DNA of 64,000 nucleotides from a bacterium (GTDB lineage Bacteria; Acidobacteriota; Thermoanaerobaculia; Multivoradales; J023): NCBI GenBank assembly GCA_024226315.1, contig JAAELT010000489.1, positions 4,830 to 68,829 of the forward strand, read 5' to 3'. Shown piece by piece: positions 18,001 to 24,438 of this stretch (position 1 is its first letter; each line of letters starts with the position of its first letter). The notes under the pieces were generated by a model. It saw only the letters and a program-made list of their open reading frames with translations, ran no database searches and was not told where the DNA came from. The position numbers and the translations under genes were made by a program.

Positions 18001-18960
18001 GTCATGGGTGCCGTCTATCGCAACCTCGGTCTCTACGAGCCGGCCGGATCGCTGACCGAACGGGCGCTCGAGCTGGGCCGGGAGGTCCACGGCGACGGCC
18101 ACGCCGAGGTCGCCGCGAGCCTTACCCAGCTCGGCCGCCTGCTGTTCCTGAAGGGCGACTACGACGCGGCCGAGGCGCCCCTGCAAGAGGCCCTCGCGAT
18201 GCGCCGCGAGATCCTCGGAGACGATCACGAAGACGTCGCCGAGACTCTGAGCGAGCTCGGCAACGTGCTGTCCTCGAAAGGCGACGCTGGCGCGGACGTG
18301 CTTCTCAGGGAGTGCCTGCGCATTCGCCGCCTGCGTTTCGAGGCGCCTCACGACAAGATCGCCGGGGCGCTGTTCAGCCTCGCCTTCTTCAATCACTTCC
18401 GGGACAGCGAAACCGCCGAAGAGCTCTACCGTGAGGCGCTCGCGATGTACGAGCAGGTCCACGGCGACTCCCACCCCGTGGTCGGCGACGTGCTCAACAA
18501 CTACGGTCATCTGCTGAAGACGCGCGGCGACCTGGCGGCCGCCGAGCCGCTGATCCGCAGGTCCATCGAGATCGCCCGCCGCATGCTCGGCGAGGATCAT
18601 CATCTGCTGGGCATCAGAGAGAGCAACCTCGCCCGGCTGTTGATCGCCAGGGGCGAGTACGCCGCGGCGGAAGATCCGGCGCGCCGGGCGGTGGCGATCT
18701 CGATACGAGGATTGGGAGTCGACAACTGGCAGACCGCGATCTCGCGCAGCATTCTCGGCGCCAGCCTGGCCGGGCAGGGGCGATACGAAGAGGCCGAGAA
18801 GCTCCTGGTGGAGGGTTATCGCGTCATCCGTGCCGAGCGCGGCGACGACTACGACTACCTGCACGAAACGCTGGAGAGCCTGATCGCCATGTATGATGCC
18901 TGGGACAAAGTGGAGCAGGCCGCTAACTACCGGGACCTCCTCGCCAAGCTCGAACAGTGA
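15076..18960 (+). CDS. multidomain Ser/Thr protein kinase: kinase - class III adenylyl/guanylyl cyclase - second (non-RD) kinase - TM helix - TPR repeats
   Basis: Domain 1: GGGGMGVVYEA, VALKLL, HRDIKPANV, DFGIAK. Middle: cyclase-homology-domain-like segment (…LLLIDLVASTRL…GFLLLFERP…). Domain 2: GEGGFGEVW…LHKDVKPGNV…DFGVGL. Hydrophobic segment ALATAVAALVVFGAAMAY, then ~10 TPR-like repeats to the C-terminus. The listed ORF from 14470 is an in-frame read-through; the real start is the ATG overlapping the sigma-factor stop. Confidence 0.85.
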   Translation: MPDSVERWRRVEAIFDEALELPAAEVPAHLDAACGGDDGLRGEVEALLGADQQAGAFLETSAGAYAATLIREALPATRQDPLEGRRLGPYRVLRRIGGGGMGVVYEAVDTRLFRRVALKLLPTSLNRDPDAKERFVREARAASALDHPNICAIHDIGETDGGRMFIVMAYYGGRTLESMLADGPLEIDDALDLAAQVSRGLERAHEAGIVHRDIKPANVIVTEHGEVKVLDFGIAKIVGEAGLTRSGVAPGTPAYMSPEQTRGEPVDERADVWSLGAVLYQLIAGRRPFEGRNEMAIYMAIQEREPKPLGDWRGDVPEALERAVMRALVKEPAERTGSVAALLDDLAAIKEARRGTAVGAALREGVAVRTLLLIDLVASTRLAQRLGDRHLAEVSAEHDRLARDVLAAHGGLEIDKTDGFLLLFERPIDAVGCALAYHRGVAGLSEKLGVDLAARAGLHLGEVHLRRNPPEDVARGAKPIEVEGLAKPIAARVMSLAGGRQTLVTQSAFELARRAADELALEDEVRWLAHGDYLLEGVAGPIGVFEVGAPGFAPLAAPVDSEKARRAVAAEEVVLGWRPAAGAPLPERPHWVMREKLGEGGFGEVWLAGHDKTDERRVFKFCYEAQSLKALEREVTFFRLMKEALGDRDDIVRILDWNFARAPFYLESEYTAGGDLIEWAASEGGLAAVPLETRLELVAQVARALGAAHSVGILHKDVKPGNVLITTGPDGAPRARLTDFGVGLVADRSLLPEIGVTLLGLTEDDDYTSAGTHLYLAPEILEGRLPTVQADLYALGVMLYQMVVGDFSRALARGWQRDVDDEILREDIACFVDGSPERRPAGAGEIAERLQRLDARRAEREAEKRARREAEEARRAVERGRRRRRALATAVAALVVFGAAMAYQVRQTRLEARRAEHEAAAARQVSAFLEDLFEVVDPSEARGNSITARAILDRGARRIEDELADQPEIQARLMGVMGAVYRNLGLYEPAGSLTERALELGREVHGDGHAEVAASLTQLGRLLFLKGDYDAAEAPLQEALAMRREILGDDHEDVAETLSELGNVLSSKGDAGADVLLRECLRIRRLRFEAPHDKIAGALFSLAFFNHFRDSETAEELYREALAMYEQVHGDSHPVVGDVLNNYGHLLKTRGDLAAAEPLIRRSIEIARRMLGEDHHLLGIRESNLARLLIARGEYAAAEDPARRAVAISIRGLGVDNWQTAISRSILGASLAGQGRYEEAEKLLVEGYRVIRAERGDDYDYLHETLESLIAMYDAWDKVEQAANYRDLLAKLEQ

Positions 18961-19094
18961 GCGCCAACGCCGGCTTCGAACCCCGATGCCCGAAAAAAAT
19001 ATCTTGCCGATGTCCCCTTTGATCGGCTTTTGCCGTTGACTCTCATGAAGTGGATAGGAGAGACCTCCAGAACCTGCCAACCAGGAGATAGACC

Positions 19095-19229
19095 ATGCCG
19101 AAGTCAGCCGACAGTCAGTCCAAGAAGAAGAGATCCAGGAGATTTGTCGACAGGATCAAGAGCCTGTTCAAGAAGAAGAAGCCGAATTCCGGGCTGCCGA
19201 CCGGAACTCCCCAGAACATCGTCACCTGA
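19095..19229 (+). CDS. candidate small basic protein (44 aa, Lys/Arg-rich)
   Basis: MPKSADSQSKKKRSRRFVDRIKSLFKKKKPNSGLPTGTPQNIVT. AGGAGA Shine-Dalgarno 6 nt upstream of the ATG. Lies in a locally lower-GC pocket between the two kinase paralogs. Below the 60-aa cutoff of the supplied ORF track. Confidence 0.3.
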   Translation: MPKSADSQSKKKRSRRFVDRIKSLFKKKKPNSGLPTGTPQNIVT

Positions 19230-19362
19230 GCAGGAGTCACCTGACCTGACGTTTCGTGCGAACCGGTCACTGACGCCGAACCAGTTGAATCCCCGGCGGC
19301 TTGGAGGCTAAGCTCGCTTCCGAGGCCCACCGCCGCGCAGGGATGGGCGTCAGGACGGTCGC

Positions 19363-22336
19363 ATGGAAGCGCCAGTAGACATCGGCGAGGCCGAGGCCGC
19401 GCGCCTCAAGACGCTGCAGCGCGAGGTGACCTTCTTCCGCCTGATGCGCGAGGCGTTGGGTAACCGCGACGACATCGTGCGGATCCTCGATTGGAACTTC
19501 GACCAGGCTCCCTACTACCTCGAATCGGAGTACACCGAAGGCGGAGATCTGCAGGCATGGGCGGAGAGCCGAGGCGGCCTCGCGGCGATGCCGATGGTCA
19601 CGCGCCTCGAGCTCGTGGCCCAGGTGGCCGACGCGCTGGCGGCCGCCCATTCCGTCGGCATCCTGCACAAGGACGTCAAGCCAGCCAACGTGCTCATCAC
19701 CGTCGGCCACGACGGCGAGCCCCGGGCCCGGCTGACCGACTTCGGCGTCGGTCTGCTCGCCGACGAGTCACTGCTGCCGGCAGTCGGCGTCACTCTCAGC
19801 GGCATCACCCAGGACGATGACTACTCGTCCGCCGGCACGCAGCTCTACCAGGCACCCGAGATCCTGGAGGGCAAGCTGCCGACGGTGCAGGCCGACCTCT
19901 ACGCGCTCGGCGTGCTGCTCTTCCAGATGGTTGTCGGCGACTTCCGGCGCGCGGTTGCCGGTGGCTGGCACCGGGAGATCGACGACGAGGTGCTGCGCGA
20001 CGACATCGCCTGTTTCGTCGACGGCTCGCCGGAACGGCGCCCGGGCAGCGCATCGGAAATCGCCGAGCGATTGCGCGGCATCGAGGAGCGCCGCGAGCGG
20101 CGCCGGCAGCGAGAGCGCGAACGGCGGCAGGCCGAGGAGGCTCAGAAGGCGCTGGAGCGTGGACGCCGCCGCCGGTTCATTCTCATCGCGGCGTTGGCGA
20201 TCCTGACGGTGTTCGCCACCGCGATGAGCTTGCAGGTGCGCCGCACCCGGGAGGCGGCGCAGCGTGCCGAGCGCGAGGCCCAGGCGGCGCGGCAGGTTTC
20301 GGGGTTTCTCGAAGAGCTGTTCGAGGTGGTGGATCCGGGTGAATCGCGCGGCAGCGAGGTCACCGCCCGGGAGATCCTCGACCAGGGTGCCAGGCGGGTG
20401 GAGGACGAGCTGCGCAACCAGCCCGACATCCGGGCGCGCCTGATGAACGTCATGGGCACTGTCTACCGCCACCTGGGCGACTACGAGACTGCCCAGGGGC
20501 TGGGCGAGCAGGCGCTCGAGACGCGCCGGGGGATTCATGGTGCCGAGCACCCCGAGGTTGCCGAGAGCCTCAACCACCTGGGCCGCCTGCTGTTCGTCAA
20601 GGGTGAGCACGAGACCGCCAAGACGCTCTTGCGCCAGGCGCTGGCGATGCGCCGCGAGCTGCTCGGCGACGACCACCTGGACGTCGCCGAGACCCTCTGT
20701 GAGCTCTCCAACGTGTTGATCGAAAAGGCCGAGGCCGACGAGGCCGAGGAGCTCGCCCGGCAGTGCCTGGCGATCAGGCGCGGTCACTTCGACGGGCCGC
20801 ACGACAAGGTTGCCGAGAGCCTGTTCACCCTGGCGGTGCTCGAGCACTACCGTGACCCGCGTGCGGCCGAGGAGCACTACGCCGAGGCGTTGGCGATCCG
20901 GCGGTCGGCGAAGTGCTCAACAACTACGCCCACCTGCTAAAGGCTCGCGGTGACGTGGCGAACGCCGAGCCGATGTTCCGGCGCTCGCTCGAGATCAAAC
21001 GCCGTGTCCTCCCCGGCGACCATCCCTACATCGGGATCGGGGAGTGCAACCTGGCGATCGTGCTCGGCGCCCGGGGCGAGCACGCCGAGGCCGAGCAGCT
21101 GGCGCGCCAGGCCGAGGCCATCTTTCTCGCCAGCTACGGCGAGGACCACTGGCGCACCGCGATCGCCCGCAGCGTGCTCGGTGCGAGCCTCGCCGGCCAG
21201 GGCAGATTCGACGACGCCGAGGCGCTGTTGGTCGACAGCTACCGGGTGATCGAGCAGCAGCGGGGCAACGCGTTCGGCTACGCGGGGGAGGCGCTGGATC
21301 GGCTCGTCGCCCTGTACGAGGCCTTCTCCGTCGAAGCGTCGGGCGAGAGGTACGGGATGATCAAGATCCACACGTTCGCCGCGCCGGACGTCGAGGAGTT
21401 CATCCGTACCTTCGAGACCATGCTCGAGCACCGCGCGCTCGGCCGCCACGGTCTGATCATCGACGTGCGCGGCAACGGCGGCGGCAACATCCCGGCGGGC
21501 GAACGCCTGTTGCAGATGCAGACCCCGCGCGACATCGAGCCCGCGCGCTTTCAATTTCTGAGCTCCGCCCTGAACCTCGAGCTGTGCCGCCGGGTGTCTG
21601 GCTTCGAGCCCTGGATCGAGTCCATCGAAGCGTCGGTGGCGACCGGGGACACCTACTCGCGGGGTCTGCCGCTCACTCCGCCCGAGGATTGCAACGATCT
21701 GGGGCAGAAGTACCACGGGCCCACGGTTCTTCTCACCGACGCCAACTGTTACAGCACGACGGACATGTTCGCCGCCGGTTTCAAGGACCACGGGATCGGC
21801 AAGATCCTCGGCGTCTACGGCAACACCGGTGCCGGGGGTGCCAACACGGCACGCCGCTCGAGGATCTGGGCGTGGTGCCGGATCATCGTCACCGGCTGAC
21901 CAGGACGGACCTGCTCGAGAACGGCCGCGATCTGTATCTGAGGGCCGTCGAGCTGCTGAAGGACGAACCCGTGTACTTCTTCTACGGCTGGGAAGATCCA
22001 GAGCGGCCGGAGACGCTGATGCTCTGCCGTTCGAGGAACCTGGAGCTCGACTACTTCTTCGACGACATCGGCCGCAAGGCGACCGAATCGCTGGACCAGT
22101 CCCTGAAGGGCACGCCGGTGGAGGTTGACGGCATTGCCGCCGAGGTCATCTCTTTCACCCCACCGGCGGGCGCCGAGGTCCCGCCTCAGACCCGGATGCA
22201 CATCAAGGGCTATGTCCGGGACGAGGGGTCCGACGAGCGCCGGCTGGTCGCCAGCAGGCAGAACCGGCGCGGCGACATGGACCGGTACCCGGCTCTCGGC
22301 GCCTGGTTGGCCTCGGCCGACGACAGCTCGGACTAG
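19363..22336 (+). pseudogene. decayed paralog of the C-terminal half of the 15076-18960 kinase (second kinase domain, TM helix, TPR), fused to an S41-family peptidase domain; N-terminally truncated with at least two frameshifts
   Basis: 19363-20940 aligns collinearly with residues ~620-1190 of the upstream gene but starts inside the kinase fold (no Gly-loop or beta3 Lys). A ~26-nt deletion near 20905 (relative to the upstream gene's …MYEQVHGDSHPVVGDVLNNYGHLL… segment) shifts the frame. Translation resumes in a second frame (20913-21899) through the remaining TPRs into an S41 peptidase domain (LIIDVRGNGGGN; TDANCYSTTDMFAAGF). A second 1-nt shift near 21845 moves the peptidase C-terminus into a third frame (21900-22336, …LEDLGVVPDHRHRLTRTDLLENG…). 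Confidence 0.6.
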
Positions 22337-22464
22337 ACCTCCAGACCGGCTCAGCTCCGCCGGGGTACGACCCCGCTCACAAATCGGTGGCCCCTCCTGC
22401 CCGCGCCTTGCGTTGGACTGTGTAGAAGCGATCACAGGACAGCCCGGCGGGCAAGGAGGCCGAG

Positions 22465-23613
22465 ATGTTGAAGCAGCTCTTGAGTCGGATGGAGACGGTG
22501 CACAGGGCCGAGACCCGGGAGGAGCGCGAGGCTGTCTACCGATTCCGTTACCGGGTCTACGTCGAGGAACTCGGTCGCGAGCTGGGCGAGCCGGACCACG
22601 AGCGCAAGTGGGTGAGCGACGCTGACGACGAGGCTCCCTACACCACCATCCTCTACACCGGCTCGGCCGGCAACGTCACCGGCACCGTGCGCGTGCGCCA
22701 CTGGCGCGCCGGCGAGGTGCCCGAGCACGACCTCCACGAGCTGTCGATCGATCGCTTCTGTGACTTCGAGCGCCTGAACACCGCCGAGATCGGTCGGCTC
22801 ATGGTGCGCAAGACGATGCGCGGCCGGGTGATCGTGGCCTCGCTGCTGCGGGCGAGCTACCGGATCCTGGCTGGCGAGCACGAGACGGACCTGACCTTCT
22901 GCTACTGCTCGCCGGGGCTGGTGAGCTACTACCAGGGAATCGCCATGCGGCCTTTCGGCGGCCGGCTGGTCAACGCGCCCGACGGGATGATGGTGCCGCT
23001 GGTGTCGGTGATGTCCGATCACTCCTACTACAAGCGCATGAGCTCGTTCCTGGCGCCGCTGGTGAAGCGCTACTTCGGGTCCGGCAAGCGAGCCCGGCTG
23101 GACCTGGCGCCCTACCGCCACCTCTTCGCCCACGGCGCCACCGGCATCGAATTCGACGGCGAGCGGGTGAGCGGTCAAGTGGAAGATTGGCTCGAGCGGC
23201 AGGAGTCGTCGGGCCTGCGGTCCTTGCTGGACTCCCTGGCGCCGGAATCGAGGCACGCGCTGCTCGGCCGGGGGCTGATGCTGGACGTCGATGTCGGCAC
23301 CATGATCACCCGCAAGGGATTCGGTGAGCGCGAGCTCTACGTGATCCTCGATGGCCGCTGTGAGGTCTGGGCCGACGATCGCCGGCTGCGCGAGATGGGT
23401 GAGGGCGAGCTGTTCGGCGAGATCGCCTTCCTGCAGCCCGAGGGGCGTCGCACCGCCACCGTGCGGGCCGCGACGCGCGGCCGGGTGCTGATCCTGCGCG
23501 GGCGTTCGATCGAGAAGCTGATGCGCCGTGACCCGGTGCTCGAGACCAGATTCAAGGGTTGGCTGAACAGCCTCATGGCCGAGCGGCTGGAGAGCGAGGC
23601 GATGGCGGCGTAG
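22465..23613 (+). CDS. LuxI/FeeM/OlsB-type (Acetyltransf_5-like) N-acyltransferase domain fused to a C-terminal cyclic-nucleotide-binding domain
   Basis: AAGGAGG Shine-Dalgarno 7 nt upstream. N-terminal region has the LuxI/N-acyl-amino-acid-synthase pattern (RFRYRVYVEELGRELG … acidic stretch … GTVRVRH). C-terminal ~120 aa is a CAP-family cNMP-binding fold (GELFGEIAFL…RRTATVRAAT). Confidence 0.75.
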   Translation: MLKQLLSRMETVHRAETREEREAVYRFRYRVYVEELGRELGEPDHERKWVSDADDEAPYTTILYTGSAGNVTGTVRVRHWRAGEVPEHDLHELSIDRFCDFERLNTAEIGRLMVRKTMRGRVIVASLLRASYRILAGEHETDLTFCYCSPGLVSYYQGIAMRPFGGRLVNAPDGMMVPLVSVMSDHSYYKRMSSFLAPLVKRYFGSGKRARLDLAPYRHLFAHGATGIEFDGERVSGQVEDWLERQESSGLRSLLDSLAPESRHALLGRGLMLDVDVGTMITRKGFGERELYVILDGRCEVWADDRRLREMGEGELFGEIAFLQPEGRRTATVRAATRGRVLILRGRSIEKLMRRDPVLETRFKGWLNSLMAERLESEAMAA

Positions 23614-23721
23614 CACCCTCCCCTGTCGATGGCCCATCTCTCGCGTGGTTTGCGGGATTGTGTGCGGCCGGCCAGAATCACACCTCGTGGCGCTTCCAAA
23701 GACGGTGCGTCCGAATCGGAA

Positions 23722-24141
23722 CGGAGGGTCCTTTTCGCGGAAAATCGCCGTGATCCATCCGCGTCAGGCCGCCGATCTCGCGAAAGGAGCCTCGTCCAGC
23801 CGGGCGGTGCGTCGTTTTCGCGCGAGACGGCTTCTCTAACCGTCCGGAGCTCATTTCTTGAAAAAGACGGCTCGCCCAGCCGGGCGGCACGTCTTTCTGC
23901 GGAAAGACGCCTCGTATGGCTGGTAGAGGCATCTCGCCGGGAATTTGTCCGTCGTACGTCTGGCGGAAGCAGCTTTCCGGAAAAACACGGCCAGCCCGAC
24001 TCGGCGAGGCATCTCGCCGCGAATACGCGCTCCGCGCGGCCAGCGCAGGCTTCTTCCGGAAATTTCGCGTGCCGCGCGGCTGGGGGAGACCTCTATCCGG
24101 AAATCCGCGCACCGCCCAGTTGACGGCGGTGTCTTCCCAGG
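23722..24141. repeat. degenerate tandem array (~10-12 units, ~40-bp period) with core yTTTC-CGGAAA-n-CGGC
   Basis: Motif instances at ~23722, 23805, 23843, 23883, 23954, 24040, 24083 and 24124 (e.g. ctttccggaaaaacacggc; ctttctgcggaaagacgcc; tctatccggaaatccgcgc). Additional shared segments (cgcccagccgggcggcacgtc / cgtccagccgggcggtgcgtcg; gcgaggcatctcgccgggaat / gcgaggcatctcgccgcgaat). Noncoding: the overlapping small ORFs are translations of the repeats. Confidence 0.6.
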
Positions 24142-24290
24142 AATCGGCGGGGCCACAACGTCCGTCAGCGTGGCAGCTCAGACTCCGGTGCCTATACCTC
24201 GGGCCAGGAGCGGCAGCTGGCGCCAGGCCACGAGGCCCAGAACCTACGCATGCGTCCTCCGCCGAGCTTCTGTCTCGAGATCAACTTCGA

Positions 24291-24401
24291 TTGCCCGCTA
24301 ATGACGTCATCTACATGTAGAGGACGTATCAACATGTAGGTAGTCGAGTGTCGTCCATTGCGAGTCGACCGAATGCTGCGATACAGTTTGCAAGCCCTGC
24401 T
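24291..24401. promoter_or_regulatory. lower-GC promoter/operator region of the BNR-protein gene with several perfect palindromes
   Basis: ATGACGTCAT (24291-24300) is followed directly by CTACATGTAG (24301-24310), and ACATGTAG recurs at ~24323. A perfect 12-5-12 inverted repeat ACAGTTTGCAAG ccctg CTTGCAAACTGT lies at 24373-24401, 37 bp upstream of the start codon. Confidence 0.45.
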
Positions 24402-24438
24402 TGCAAACTGTTGGTCATTTAAATCTGGGAGGATTCTG

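Noticed and set aside
15043-19080. 1345-aa minus-strand ORF opposite the kinase-cyclase gene, plus other long antisense or alternative-frame ORFs (30078-33362 +, 40564-43092 -, 5240-6742 +, 26819-28183 -)
   Set aside because: Same GC-driven artefact. Each overlaps a gene with strong family signatures on the other strand or frame, and each has Arg/Gly/Pro-rich low-complexity translations.
23629-24320. Several 60-160-aa ORFs on both strands across the TTCCGGAA repeat array
   Set aside because: They are translations of the tandem repeats (periodic peptide repeats, no RBS, mutually overlapping in all frames). The region is treated as noncoding.
24366-24400. Possible sigma-54 promoter (TTGCA within cagtTTGCAag and cTTGCAaa)
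   Set aside because: No GG at the required -24 position relative to either TTGC (at most 2 of 6 matches to TGGCAC). Retained only as an inverted-repeat operator candidate.
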